A DNA stretch of 61,350 bases, the filler included. It is 7 parts of 7 records of this genome, joined end to end, with 100 filler letters (N's around TTAATTAATTAA, not from the genome) between each part and the next. Parts side by side here need not be neighbours in the genome. Positions count along the whole stretch, not along the records: positions 22,029 to 35,922 come from SRR31147125_1373; positions 36,023 to 41,662 come from SRR31147125_1377; positions 41,763 to 55,929 come from SRR31147125_1378; 4 more parts are not named here. One strand, given 5' to 3'. Numbering within the stretch: the stretch's first letter is position 1; each line of letters opens with the position of its first letter. Both the position numbers and the translations under genes were made by a program. The notes under the pieces are model-generated. The model had not been told where the DNA came from. It did no database searches and was given only the letters and a program-made list of their open reading frames with translations. Below, in pieces: positions 30,841 through 41,784 of this stretch.

Positions 30841-32262
30841 TTATTTGCCAATACAAAAGTGTGAAAAAATATCATTTAGAATTTCTTCACGGGAGACTTC
30901 CCCGGTTATTTCTCCAAGACAATCCAGAGCGCCACGTAAATCCAGAGCTATAAATTCAGACGACATTTCTTTATCCATAGAAGCTACAGCATTTTCTAGA
31001 TAAACGCCGGCACGTTCCAACGCATTTTTATGTCGCTCTTTTGAGATAAAGACAGAATCGTTTTGTACATTATTATCTAAAGACAATTCTACCATTTTTT
31101 CTTCCATTTTTCCAAAACCATCTCCTGTTTTGGCAGATATTGAAATAAGACTGTTAGTACTGACTTTTTTTGTAATTTTATCTATGCCTTTATCTATTCC
31201 AATATCACTTTTATTGGCCGCTATGATAATCTTTTTATTGGTATAATTTATATCATTTTCAATTTTATTAATGATAGCGTAATCCTCTTCTGAAAGAGAT
31301 TTACTGGCATCCAGAACCAATATAAGAAGGTCTGCGTTCTTTACCAGTCTTTCAGCTCTAACGACTCCTTCTCTTTCAATAATATCGCTGGTTTCTCTTA
31401 ACCCGGCGGTATCTGTTATCTTAAATAAAAGACCATCTATATCAATTGATTCTTCGAGACTATCTCTTGTTGTACCCGGTATTTCAGATACGATGGCCCT
31501 CTCCTCTTCAAGGAGCCTGTTAAGTATACTGGATTTTCCAACATTGGGTTTTCCCAGGATTACCGCGTGTATACCATCCTTCATGATTTTGCCATATTTG
31601 AATGATTTTACAAGCGTTTCAATTTCTGCCTGCAATTTGATTAAATTTTCAGCAAGTTCTGTCCGATCAGCAAACTCAACTTCATCTTCGGAAAAATCCA
31701 ATTCCAGTTCCAGTAAGGCACATTGATTCTTTAATTTCTTTTTAAAAACCTGTAACCGGTCTGATAACATCCCCTCTAACTGGGAAAAGGAAATACTTAA
31801 ACTTTTCTGTGTTTGAGCGTTAATGATATCTGCGACCGCTTCTGCCTGTAAAAGATCGAGCTTTCCATTTAAAAAAGCTCTTCGTGTAAATTCACCAGGT
31901 TCTGCGAGACGGGCACCATTAGCCAATAATAAGGATATTATTTTTTGAATAATAAAAGGTCCACCATGACAATCTATTTCAACAATATCCTCACCTGTAA
32001 ACGAATGTGGAGCTTTAAATTTTAATAAAAGAACGTGATCCAATTTATCATTATGCTTTTCAGGATAGCTCTTTTCGTTGTTCTCAATATAACCATGGAG
32101 TATACTATTGGCAGGAGAATTAAAAAGCATTTTTTTGTTTGTTAATATTTTTGATACGATATTATAACTGTCTGGTCCACTCACTCTTACAATACCAATC
32201 GCTCCAACACCTTTCGGTGTCGATACAGCTGCTATAGTATCAAAAGAACTTTTCACTTTCAT
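30841..32262 (-). CDS. mnmE: tRNA modification GTPase MnmE/TrmE
   Basis: DTIAAVSTP, GKPNVGKSS, GTTRD, DTAG, NKSD, FCIGK C-terminus. Confidence 0.99.
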   Translation of the reverse strand: MKVKSSFDTIAAVSTPKGVGAIGIVRVSGPDSYNIVSKILTNKKMLFNSPANSILHGYIENNEKSYPEKHNDKLDHVLLLKFKAPHSFTGEDIVEIDCHGGPFIIQKIISLLLANGARLAEPGEFTRRAFLNGKLDLLQAEAVADIINAQTQKSLSISFSQLEGMLSDRLQVFKKKLKNQCALLELELDFSEDEVEFADRTELAENLIKLQAEIETLVKSFKYGKIMKDGIHAVILGKPNVGKSSILNRLLEEERAIVSEIPGTTRDSLEESIDIDGLLFKITDTAGLRETSDIIEREGVVRAERLVKNADLLILVLDASKSLSEEDYAIINKIENDINYTNKKIIIAANKSDIGIDKGIDKITKKVSTNSLISISAKTGDGFGKMEEKMVELSLDNNVQNDSVFISKERHKNALERAGVYLENAVASMDKEMSSEFIALDLRGALDCLGEITGEVSREEILNDIFSHFCIGK

Positions 32263-32362
32263 TTTATTCTATCTCTTAATTGCTAAAACATTTAATTATA
32301 TAACCGCCACATCACGATTCTTATTTATCTTAAAATAGTGTTTTTTTTATTAGCTTAAATAT

Positions 32363-32390
32363 AAAACCCCACTTTAACAAAGCGGGGCAT
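32363..32390 (-). terminator. Intrinsic terminator after yidC
   Basis: CCCCGCTTT-GTT-AAAGTGGGG-TTTTAT on the minus strand. Confidence 0.65.
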
Positions 32391-32424
32391 TAAAATAACA
32401 TCTTTTATGTGAAGCATTTTTTGT

Positions 32425-34215
32425 TTATATCTTTTTTCTCTTTTTACTGATTGTCGCTACTGCCGGTTGTGGTTTTTTATGCAAATTCACAAGCCACTTT
32501 TGTTGAATAATACTTAAAAGATTAAACAACGCATAATACAAATTCAATCCCGATGGAAATTGGTTAAAAAGTAATGTTAAAAATAAAGGCATAAAGTAAA
32601 CCATCATTTTTTGTTTGGGATCTGTTACGCTTAATTTTTGTTGAATCAGCATAGTAGCACCCATGAACAAAGGCAATATATTAACCGTATCTCCATACAT
32701 TGGAAGTGCAAATGGTAGTGTAGCAACAGTATCGGGTATGGAAAGATCTTTAATCCACCAGATAAATCCCTGGCCTCTTAACTCTATCGTAGATCGAAAA
32801 ACGATAAAAAGACCCCAAAGTAATGGCATTTGCAGCAACATAGGTAAACATCCACCAGCCGGATTGACTCCGGTTTCTTTGTACATTTTCATGGTTTCTG
32901 CGTTCATTCGCTGCGGATCTTTACCGTATTTTTCTTTTATTTCAGCTAATTTTGGTTGTAATGCCTGCATCTTTTGCATCGACTCGTAACTTTTATGAGT
33001 CAATGGATAGACAATTACTTTTATTAAAATAGAAAATAAGATAAGTACGATACCATAATTTGAGATAACTGTATGGAGTTTTTTAAAGCTCCACAAAATA
33101 GCTTTGCTGAAAGGTTGGATAATAACGAAACCAAAATCCATTATGTTTTCCAGGCCGATATCATAGGACTTTACAATTTCATCATCCAATGGGCCCATAT
33201 AAATCATAAAATTATCTTTTTCCAAATCATCTTTTAAAAATGGCATGGTCAATCGAACAGCATATTTTTTCCATTTTGTTTTTTCATTAGGAATCGTTTG
33301 AATCTCATGCCCGACAACCTGCGCGTCTATTCCCTTTCGGCTTTTTGGTACAATAGCCAAAGCAAAGTATTTTGTTCTTACTCCAACCCAATCAATACTA
33401 CCGGTTTCCTTATTAATTTTACCATTGGGTTTAAATTTTTTACTCACTTCGCCACTACCTGCCACGGCTGCTTTTGCATAATACATATCATCGCTCAGGC
33501 GTTTTTCTACAGAAGCCAATCCATCTGGTGCATCAATAAAGTAAGACTTTTCAGATATGATATCACCCATATTTTCAAGAGTGACATTCATATCTATATG
33601 ATAATTATTCTGATAAAATGTAAATTCTTTTGTGATCTTTTTTCCATCTTTTAAATCACACTGAAAAACAATCTTTTGTGATTCTTTATTTGCCAGATTA
33701 ATTATTTCAAGGCTGTTTGAATTAAAGCTCCACTGAGCGGTATTAAGAGTATCTCCCTCTTTAGAAATAAAGCTCAATCCAAGCGTTCCGTTTGCTTCCT
33801 CTGGCAACAACTGAGCGGGATTCTCATCAGGACCAGGATAGTTTTTTAAATACCATTTTCTCAGTGTTGCACCTTTGGAACTTATTATTGCTTTAAAAAG
33901 ATTGTTCTCTATGGTATATAATTTTTCCGGACTATCAATCAATCCAAAATCATAACCACTAACAACGCTGATGGTATCTGCTTTTTGTTTTACAATAGGT
34001 TCCGTCTGAGTAACAGACTTTTCTGCTACTGATGGTTTACTTGCTTTTTCACTAATAATTCCATCAGTAAGATAATTCTGTTTTTCAAGTTTTTTTATTT
34101 GTTCCTGCTTGTATTGCTCCGGGAAAAAGGCTTTTTTATAAAAAGGGGTTTGAACAAATATTAAAACCAGACCTATCAGTATAAACGCAAAAATTGTTTT
34201 TCTGTCAAAATCCAT
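32425..34215 (-). CDS. yidC: Membrane protein insertase YidC
   Basis: Periplasmic domain, NYGIVLIL, GGCLPMLLQMP, WIKDLSIPD, FPSGLNLYY. Confidence 0.98.
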   Translation of the reverse strand: MDFDRKTIFAFILIGLVLIFVQTPFYKKAFFPEQYKQEQIKKLEKQNYLTDGIISEKASKPSVAEKSVTQTEPIVKQKADTISVVSGYDFGLIDSPEKLYTIENNLFKAIISSKGATLRKWYLKNYPGPDENPAQLLPEEANGTLGLSFISKEGDTLNTAQWSFNSNSLEIINLANKESQKIVFQCDLKDGKKITKEFTFYQNNYHIDMNVTLENMGDIISEKSYFIDAPDGLASVEKRLSDDMYYAKAAVAGSGEVSKKFKPNGKINKETGSIDWVGVRTKYFALAIVPKSRKGIDAQVVGHEIQTIPNEKTKWKKYAVRLTMPFLKDDLEKDNFMIYMGPLDDEIVKSYDIGLENIMDFGFVIIQPFSKAILWSFKKLHTVISNYGIVLILFSILIKVIVYPLTHKSYESMQKMQALQPKLAEIKEKYGKDPQRMNAETMKMYKETGVNPAGGCLPMLLQMPLLWGLFIVFRSTIELRGQGFIWWIKDLSIPDTVATLPFALPMYGDTVNILPLFMGATMLIQQKLSVTDPKQKMMVYFMPLFLTLLFNQFPSGLNLYYALFNLLSIIQQKWLVNLHKKPQPAVATISKKRKKI

Positions 34216-34247
34216 AATTTTCTCTAATTAATAAAGTATTCAATCTA

Positions 34248-34477
34248 TTATACCGGATCATATCCTCCCGGAAATAACGGATTACATTTTAATATTCTTA
34301 AAAATGCTTTTAAAACTCCCCTAATTACTCCATATTTTTTAAAGCTTGAATTGCATATTCTGAACAGGTTGGATAGTATCTACAGGAATTTGGAAATAGA
34401 GGAGATAAAAAGCGTTGATAAGAACGGATGAAAAAGGTAATTATTTTTCTGAAAAAAACTGAAATTTCTTTCATCAT
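34248..34477 (-). CDS. yidD: Membrane protein insertion efficiency factor YidD, 1-nt homopolymer frameshift at about 34335-34343
   Basis: Read manually: [27 protein letters not shown] / KYGVIRG...[16 protein letters not shown]; absent from the ORF track because of the frameshift. Confidence 0.92.
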
Positions 34478-34531
34478 TTTTTACTTAAATTTTGCAGTTT
34501 ATTATACTGTTTTTATAATATTTATATATTT

Positions 34532-34876
34532 TTAATTAACAGATTTTTCAATTTTACCTAATAAACTGCAAAAATCTTCTTGTAAGGTTTTATAATGCAA
34601 ATGGGAATTTTCCACATGCGCCAGGAAAACAAGATGAGCATTGATTTTGTAATCTTGATGATTCAATCTCCATAACTCCTTTGTTATCCTTTTTAACCTG
34701 TTTCTCTTTACGGAATTAATCCCACGTTTTGTTGCAAAACCAACTTTTAAATCATCTTTTTTTAATAAAATTACTTTAAAGTGCCTTGATTTTAGAGACG
34801 TGCCACAAGAAAATATTTCATTAAATTCATATTTCTTTAAAAGTTTTGTTTTTTTTGGGATTGAAAGCTTTTTCAC
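34532..34876 (-). CDS. rnpA: Ribonuclease P protein component
   Basis: VGFATKR..NSVKRNRLKR; position between rpmH and yidD; GTG start at 34876 inferred. Confidence 0.88.
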   Translation of the reverse strand: MKKLSIPKKTKLLKKYEFNEIFSCGTSLKSRHFKVILLKKDDLKVGFATKRGINSVKRNRLKRITKELWRLNHQDYKINAHLVFLAHVENSHLHYKTLQEDFCSLLGKIEKSVN

Positions 34877-34904
34877 AAAAAAATCTCGGCTACAGAAACA
34901 AAAT

Positions 34905-35048
34905 CTATTCGTCACTGACAGAAAGGCGCTTTCTTCCTTTTGCTCTTCTCCTTTTCAAAACGAGCCTTCCGCTGGCTGTCTTCATTCTTGATCTGAACCC
35001 GTGCTTGTTCACTCTTTTTCTATTACTGGGTTGAAACGTTCTTTTCAT
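34905..35048 (-). CDS. rpmH: 50S ribosomal protein L34
   Basis: Read manually: [47 protein letters not shown]. Confidence 0.98.
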   Translation of the reverse strand: MKRTFQPSNRKRVNKHGFRSRMKTASGRLVLKRRRAKGRKRLSVSDE

Positions 35049-35516
35049 TCATCCATCTCCATTTATTTTTGTGTAAAATTTTTCAAATACTTATTTAATA
35101 AATTTAACTGTAAAATGCAAGTTGTTTCTTTACAAGGTTCTTTGTTATACTGTTATTAAATAATAGTAAATTTATTATAATTCACCTTGACATTTCGGCT
35201 GCAATTACTAAATTTTGTAGGAAGATGATGTGTATAACAAATTGTGGATAACTCTATAAACGTACAAATAATTATAGTTACACAATTTTATTTATCTACA
35301 TTTAATGTTGATAAAATGTTTGTATTTTTTTCTATTTATCTAAGTTTCTTACATTTATAGTTAAATAACATTTTCAATTAATATGTGGATAACTTGTGGG
35401 GTGTGTGGATAACTTTTTTTAATTACTATTTAGGTTATCCTTTTTTTATATTATCCATATGTTGAAATCTTTTCTAATCCTTTTTTTCTTTTATTTTTAC
35501 AGCAAGGAACATCAAT
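35049..35516. other. oriC: Putative chromosomal origin (oriC) / dnaA promoter region with DnaA boxes
   Basis: AT-rich; TGTGGATAA at 35243, 35384, 35404; TGTGTATAA at 35229; near-consensus boxes at 35292, 35306, 35451. Confidence 0.8.
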
Positions 35517-35922
35517 ATGCAAGCTCAGACTACTGATATCTGGCATCAAATTCTTGATGTTATAAAAGGGAATATTAACCAGAATAGCTTTGTAACCTGG
35601 TTCAAACCAATCAAACCACTAAAGATTGAAGATCATTCTCTTACCGTTCAGGTGCCTAGTCAATTTTTTTATGAGTGGCTCGAACAACATTATAGTAATA
35701 CTATTAATAACGCTATAAAAGAAGTACTAGGTTCCGAACATAAACTTTTGTATTCGATTGTTATGGACTCTACAACACAATCGGTTCAGTTACCTTCTAT
35801 ACAAAAAACGGCCTCTAAAGGAGGACCCAGATCAAAAGACAATTTAAGTGACCGATATACTTTTGAAAGCTTTGTTGAAGGAGACAGTAATAAATTCGCA
35901 AAAGCAGCTGCTTTTGCCGTAG
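35517..35922 (+). CDS. dnaA: Chromosomal replication initiator DnaA, truncated
   Basis: SFVTWFKP..VPSQFFYEWLE; YTFESFVEGDSNKFAKAAA. Confidence 0.97.
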
Positions 35923-36022
35923 NNNNNNNNNNNNNNNNNNNNNNNNNNNNNNNNNNNNNNNNNNNNTTAATTAATTAANNNNNNNNNNNNNNNNNNNNNN
36001 NNNNNNNNNNNNNNNNNNNNNN
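35923..36022. other. Artificial contig spacer
   Basis: N44-TTAATTAATTAA-N44. Confidence 0.99.
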
Positions 36023-36117
36023 TTTTGTCAAAAAAATCATAAACACTCATGCTAGTTTAATGGATTAAGGTCTAACTTTGGATATAGACACACTCAATCC
36101 AACATAACTAAATACAT

Positions 36118-36144
36118 GGCGGGAACTTGTTTCCGCCTTTTTTT
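36118..36144 (+). terminator. Intrinsic terminator of an upstream (unseen) gene
   Basis: GGCGGGAAC-TT-GTTTCCGCC-TTTTTTT. Confidence 0.7.
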
Positions 36145-36299
36145 ATCCATATATATTACATCAGTTATCATCAAACCTGCCAATTTTCTTTATAACACAA
36201 AGAAAACAAATAAATTAACTAACATTAAATTAAAGTTGCATTTACCAACTAGAAAATTTATATTTGGTTTTATTCGTATTCACTAACATACTGAAAGAT

Positions 36300-37076
36300 A
36301 TGCAGACTCGTAAAATTGTATCCTGGAACGTCAATGGCATTCGCGCCGCTTTTCGTAAGGGATTTTCACACTGGCTGGAATCAGAATCACCTGATATCTT
36401 GTGTGTTCAGGAAACAAAAGCTCATCCGGATCAATTGACAATGTTACCGGACATACTGAAGAACTATCATTTGTTCTGGAATTCAGCTGAACGCAAGGGC
36501 TATAGCGGTGTGGGCACCTTTACAACCCAGGAGCCGGTTTCCTCAACAAATGGATTTGGCATCCTTCACTTTGACAAAGAAGGACGGATTATAACAACGG
36601 AATTTCCCGAATTTACTCTCCTTAATATCTATTTCCCTAATGGACAGCGTGATAAACAACGGTTGGACTATAAATTAGAATTCTATGATGCCACTTTGGA
36701 ATACTGTGAAAATTTACGCAAACAGGGTAAAAAACTGATCGTTTGTGGAGACTATAATACCGCACATACTGAAATTGATCTTAAAAATCCAAAAGAAAAT
36801 AAAGATACCTCTGGATTCTTCCCTATTGAAAGAGAATGGATTGATAAATTTATCAGTCACGGCTATAAAGATATTTTTCGTACATTTCATCCGGAGGAAT
36901 CAGGTCATTACACATGGTGGACTTTTCGGTATAACGCCAGAGCCAGAAATATCGGCTGGCGTATTGATTACTTTTTCATTACTGAGGATCTGGTAAAATC
37001 AGTTACAAAAGCCTCGATTCAGGCAGATGTCAACGGTTCAGATCATTGTCCCATCGTACTGGAGCTAACGTTTTAA
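36300..37076 (+). CDS. xth: Exodeoxyribonuclease III / AP endonuclease
   Basis: SWNVNGIRA, CVQETK, YFPNG, GDYNTAH, GWRIDY, SDHCP; ATG at 36300. Confidence 0.97.
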   Translation: MQTRKIVSWNVNGIRAAFRKGFSHWLESESPDILCVQETKAHPDQLTMLPDILKNYHLFWNSAERKGYSGVGTFTTQEPVSSTNGFGILHFDKEGRIITTEFPEFTLLNIYFPNGQRDKQRLDYKLEFYDATLEYCENLRKQGKKLIVCGDYNTAHTEIDLKNPKENKDTSGFFPIEREWIDKFISHGYKDIFRTFHPEESGHYTWWTFRYNARARNIGWRIDYFFITEDLVKSVTKASIQADVNGSDHCPIVLELTF

Positions 37077-37134
37077 CGACCTGATTTCCGGATTCTATAA
37101 ATAATCGAGTTTAATTTTACCAAAGAAATAAATA

Positions 37135-40100
37135 ATGAAATATATTTCAGATCTTCATATACACTCTTATTACTCCAGAGCCACAAGTAAGAAATTAAAT
37201 CTTGAACACCTGAACAAATGGGCCCAAATCAAAGGTTTAAATGTCATCGCAACCGGAGATTTGACTCACCCCAAATGGTTCGATGAAATACAGACAAAAT
37301 TAAAACCTTGTGGCAACGGACTTTATCAGCTTAAACCTGAATATGCCTCTGAGACACAAAAAGAGGTACCAGCCTCTTGTGCTTCTGATGTTTATTTTAT
37401 ATTTTCCGGCGAAATAAGCAATATTTACAAAAAAAATGACCGGGTTAGAAAAAACCATAATGTTGTCTTTTTACCGACATTTGACTCTGTCGCTAAAATT
37501 CAACAAACACTCGACCGTATAGGCAACATCCATTCGGATGGTCGTCCCATACTCGGGCTTGACTCTCACGATTTATTAGAGATCGTTTTAGATACAGATC
37601 CAAACGGGCATTTAATACCGGCACATATCTGGACTCCATGGTTCTCATTACTGGGATCTAAATCCGGCTTTGATACCATCGAGGAATGCTTTGAAGATTT
37701 AACCTCACACATTTTTGCCGTTGAAACAGGACTTTCTTCAGATCCTCCCATGAATTGGCGCCTCTCCATGTTGGATTCATACTCATTAGTATCCAATTCA
37801 GACGCTCACTCTCCCGAAAAACTTGCGCGCGAAGCCAATTTATTTAATACCGATCTGTCTTATTTTGCCATGTTTGAGGCTCTAAAAAACAAAAACAGCG
37901 ATGACTTTTGCGGAACTATTGAATTTTTTCCGGAAGAGGGCAAATATCATATGGACGGTCATCGTAACTGTAACTGTATGACCCACCCGCAGGAAACAAT
38001 TGCCAATAATGGTTTATGCCCCGTGTGTGGAAAACCTGCTGTACTCGGAGTAAGCTACCGGGTGGAAGAATTGTCAGATCGGCCCATTGGCGAAAAACCT
38101 GAAAAGACAAAACCTTTCAAAAGTCTGATCCCTTTGCCAGAGGTTTTGTCGGAAGTTTATAATGTGGGACCAAAATCCAAACGAATTCAAAATGTCTATT
38201 TTTCAATGTTGCAGGATTTAGGATCCGAACTTTCAATATTAATGGACATCTCAATTAATGACATTCAAAGTCACTCGGGCGATCTAACAGCTGAAGCTAT
38301 TAAACGAATGAGAGAAGGCCAGGTTCACCCCATCCCCGGATATGATGGTGAATTCGGTATTATTCGTATATTTGACGAGCAGGAAAAAGCAAAGATCCAG
38401 CAACAAGGATCACTGTTTTCTTTAAGCACGACTGTTTTACCTGAAAAAAAAACAGTTGCTCCTGATGCCTTTTCAAAATCCATCAAAAACTCCAGTCTAA
38501 CTACAAGCCATGCAGATTCCACAATTCAAAAAATAGCTGACGATAAAAATAATAAATACGGCTTAAATCAGGACCAATCAGATGCAGTGGAACATCGAGG
38601 ATCACCATTAATAATTCAGGCTGGTCCGGGAACAGGAAAAACACGAACACTTACGCACCGAATTGCTTCCATGCTGAAATCGGGCGACGTGGAATCACAG
38701 CACATTTTGGCTATTACCTTCACGAACAAGGCCGCGGAAGAGATGCGCCAAAGACTGAAGAAACTTGTTGGCCGAAAAACCTGTGAGGAAATGACGGTTT
38801 CTACCTTCCACGCCTTTGGAACCGAAATTTTACGCCAAACCGATTCCTTTGCCGGACGAAATAAAAGTTTCACCATCGTTGATACTGCAAACAATCTGAC
38901 TTTTCGAGATTTATTTAAAAACAAGTTCGGGAAAAAGATCACTTCGTCACTGCTTGAACATATCTCGTTTTTAAAAAATCACCTCTATGAACCAGATACC
39001 ATCCCTGAAAGTATACTGGAAATCCTGCCAGAAAACATTACTGACATTTATTCAACATATGAATCATGCCTTGTCGAGATAAATGCTGTGGATTATGATG
39101 ATCTTATAAAACGTCCTGTTTTTATCCTCAGAAAACAGCCTGAAATACGCAGGACGGTATTGACCCGCTATCAGGCGATTTTTGTCGATGAATTTCAGGA
39201 TATTAATAAAGCACAATATGAGTTTTTTCGTCTCTTTGCTATGACAACCAATAATGTATGTGTCATAGGAGACCCGGATCAGGCAATCTATGGTTTTCGG
39301 GGAGCAAGCCGCGATTTTTTCATTAATTTTACAAACGATTTTCCATTGGCTAAATCCATTCGTCTGAAACAAAATTATCGCTCGGCGCAAAACATCCTCG
39401 CTGCATCTGTGCAAATGTTAAAAAAAGATAAAGTGGGTAATTCAAAAAATCTATGGTCAAATATCGCACCGGATACAAAACTCTATATTCACCAGGCAGC
39501 AAATGAACGGGCAGAAGCCGAATTTATCGTTCATAAGATAGAACAGCTAGTCGGTGGCACAAGCAATTTTTCATTTAACAGCCAACGTGTTAAAGATCAA
39601 AAATGTCCCGATTATGGCTTTGCGGATTTCGCGATTTTACTTCGAACAAAAAGTCTGGCAGCACCCTTTATTGAAGCACTTACACGCTCAGGCATACCCT
39701 TTGAAACTATAGATCATGCCTCCATTTCTGGCATGAAAGCTATTCAGATATTATCCTCCTCCCTTTCTATATATTCTCAGGTTAATGAAAACATTGACTT
39801 TGGAGCCTTAATCACCCATTTTATCAAAGAGGATGAACAATTATTTAATCACATTAGCAATCTGTCATCGCTCACCCTTGAAATGCTGGAAAATAAAAAT
39901 AATAGCCTCAATTCGAATCCCCTTGACGCGTTGTTGACTTTTACAAAAAATCTGAAAAACCTGCCTGGTACGACCACGGCAGATCAGCTGGTCGATTTTG
40001 TATGGAAAAAAACAGATTTGGCAGCAACATTGGAAGAACAGGAAGCACAAAGACTGTTTAAAATGCTACTTTCTTTGGCACAACCTTTTGGTGATAATCT

Positions 40101-40491
40101 CCTGGCTTTTATTGATGCCCTTGCACTGCAGAAAAGCATCGATCATTACGACGAGCGGGGTGACAGAGTCCATCTCTTAACTCTTCACGCTTCAAAAGGA
40201 TTAGAATTTCCAGCTGTATTCATCCCCGCATGTGAAGAAGGAATAATTCCGTATTTACAAAAAGGGCAACACGCAGATATTGAAGAAGAACAACGATTGC
40301 TCTATGTCGGTATGACCCGGGCGCAACAACATTTGTACCTGACCCATGCTAAATCCAGATTACTATTCGGAAACCGGGACGATCAAAAACCAATGAGATT
40401 TTTGCAGCCCATTTCTGTAAATCTGATAAAACGTGAAAAAAAAGATATTCAAAAAAACACCAGAGCCGTACAACTAAAATTTTTCAATTGA
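37135..40491 (+). CDS. Fusion of an endonuclease Q-like (PHP, TIGR00375-type) domain and a UvrD/PcrA-like SF1A helicase
   Basis: DLHIHS.YSRATS, PAHIWTPWFS, ETGLSSD, SNSDAHS, GKYH.DGHR.C..CPVCG, PGYDGEFG; then AGPGTGKT, VDEFQD, GDPDQAIYGFRGA, NYRS, TLHASKGLEF, LYVGMTRA. Confidence 0.92.
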   Translation: MKYISDLHIHSYYSRATSKKLNLEHLNKWAQIKGLNVIATGDLTHPKWFDEIQTKLKPCGNGLYQLKPEYASETQKEVPASCASDVYFIFSGEISNIYKKNDRVRKNHNVVFLPTFDSVAKIQQTLDRIGNIHSDGRPILGLDSHDLLEIVLDTDPNGHLIPAHIWTPWFSLLGSKSGFDTIEECFEDLTSHIFAVETGLSSDPPMNWRLSMLDSYSLVSNSDAHSPEKLAREANLFNTDLSYFAMFEALKNKNSDDFCGTIEFFPEEGKYHMDGHRNCNCMTHPQETIANNGLCPVCGKPAVLGVSYRVEELSDRPIGEKPEKTKPFKSLIPLPEVLSEVYNVGPKSKRIQNVYFSMLQDLGSELSILMDISINDIQSHSGDLTAEAIKRMREGQVHPIPGYDGEFGIIRIFDEQEKAKIQQQGSLFSLSTTVLPEKKTVAPDAFSKSIKNSSLTTSHADSTIQKIADDKNNKYGLNQDQSDAVEHRGSPLIIQAGPGTGKTRTLTHRIASMLKSGDVESQHILAITFTNKAAEEMRQRLKKLVGRKTCEEMTVSTFHAFGTEILRQTDSFAGRNKSFTIVDTANNLTFRDLFKNKFGKKITSSLLEHISFLKNHLYEPDTIPESILEILPENITDIYSTYESCLVEINAVDYDDLIKRPVFILRKQPEIRRTVLTRYQAIFVDEFQDINKAQYEFFRLFAMTTNNVCVIGDPDQAIYGFRGASRDFFINFTNDFPLAKSIRLKQNYRSAQNILAASVQMLKKDKVGNSKNLWSNIAPDTKLYIHQAANERAEAEFIVHKIEQLVGGTSNFSFNSQRVKDQKCPDYGFADFAILLRTKSLAAPFIEALTRSGIPFETIDHASISGMKAIQILSSSLSIYSQVNENIDFGALITHFIKEDEQLFNHISNLSSLTLEMLENKNNSLNSNPLDALLTFTKNLKNLPGTTTADQLVDFVWKKTDLAATLEEQEAQRLFKMLLSLAQPFGDNLLAFIDALALQKSIDHYDERGDRVHLLTLHASKGLEFPAVFIPACEEGIIPYLQKGQHADIEEEQRLLYVGMTRAQQHLYLTHAKSRLLFGNRDDQKPMRFLQPISVNLIKREKKDIQKNTRAVQLKFFN

Positions 40492-40626
40492 TATATTATT
40501 ATATGCTATATTTTATTATAAATCCTGTGCTCTCAAACGAGATGTATTATTCAACAGATTCATGTTTGCACATTTGTTCATATCAATAACCAACTTTTTA
40601 TCTAAATTCTTACAGGAAGATATATA

Positions 40627-41662
40627 ATGGATTACATTGACCTCCGGAGTGACACAATAACCAAACCCACACCAGGCATGCGCAAAGCCATGTATGAAGC
40701 GAAAGTTGGTGACGATGTTTTTGGTGAAGATCCAATGGTTAATTTACTTCAGGATCGCATCTCAGACATGTTTGGCACAGAAGCGGCCTTATTCGTTCCC
40801 AGTGGAACCATGGGTAACCAAATAGCCATCAACTGTCATACAAATCCTGGAGACGAAGTGATTTGTGAAAATAATTGTCACTGTTTTAATTACGAGGGTG
40901 GTGGACCGGCACTCCTCTCAGGTGTACAATTGCATCCGCTTCCAGGTAATAGAGGTGTAATCACAGCCCTGCAAATTGAATCCGTACTTCGACCTCCGGA
41001 TCACCATTTTGCCAGATCACAACTCATTGTGCTTGAAAACACGCATAACCGGGCAGGCGGTACAATTTACCCCTTTGATGAAATCAAAAATATCTATCAA
41101 TTGGCACAAAAACACAATCTGAAAATGCACCTTGATGGAGCACGTCTTTGGAATGCTCATATTGCAACGGGAATTCCCTTGCACGATTATGCCCGTTATT
41201 TCGATTCCATATCAGTTTGTCTTTCAAAAGGACTCGGTGCACCGGTTGGCTCTGTATTGACAGGCTCTAAAAATTTTATAAATAAAGCACATCGTTATCG
41301 AAAAATTTATGGCGGTGGAATGCGACAGGCTGGCATATTAGCGGCAGCCGGACTCTACGCGCTGGACCATCACGTTGAACGACTGAAACAAGATCATCAG
41401 AAAGCTGGCAGGCTGGCAGAGTGTCTCAACTCTCTTCCAAACGTCTCTGTAGATTTGGCTGCAACAAAAACCAATATCGTTATAGCCGAAATCGATGCGG
41501 GCCTTTCAAGCACAGTCGACCTGACAAATTCCCTGAAAGAACAAAGAGTTCTGGCATTACCGTTTTCAACGAATAAAATCAGGTTTGTAACTCATTTGGA
41601 CCTTTCAGATGAAGAGATTGACTCGGCAATTAAAGTAATTATGAATGTTTTTAGTCAAGGGG
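40627..41662 (+). CDS. ltaE: Low-specificity L-threonine aldolase (end cut by contig edge)
   Basis: [54 protein letters not shown]. Confidence 0.96.
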
Positions 41663-41762
41663 NNNNNNNNNNNNNNNNNNNNNNNNNNNNNNNNNNNNNN
41701 NNNNNNTTAATTAATTAANNNNNNNNNNNNNNNNNNNNNNNNNNNNNNNNNNNNNNNNNNNN
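41663..41762. other. Artificial contig spacer
   Basis: N44-TTAATTAATTAA-N44. Confidence 0.99.
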
Positions 41763-41784
41763 TTTGTAAAAATAAACTCATTTT

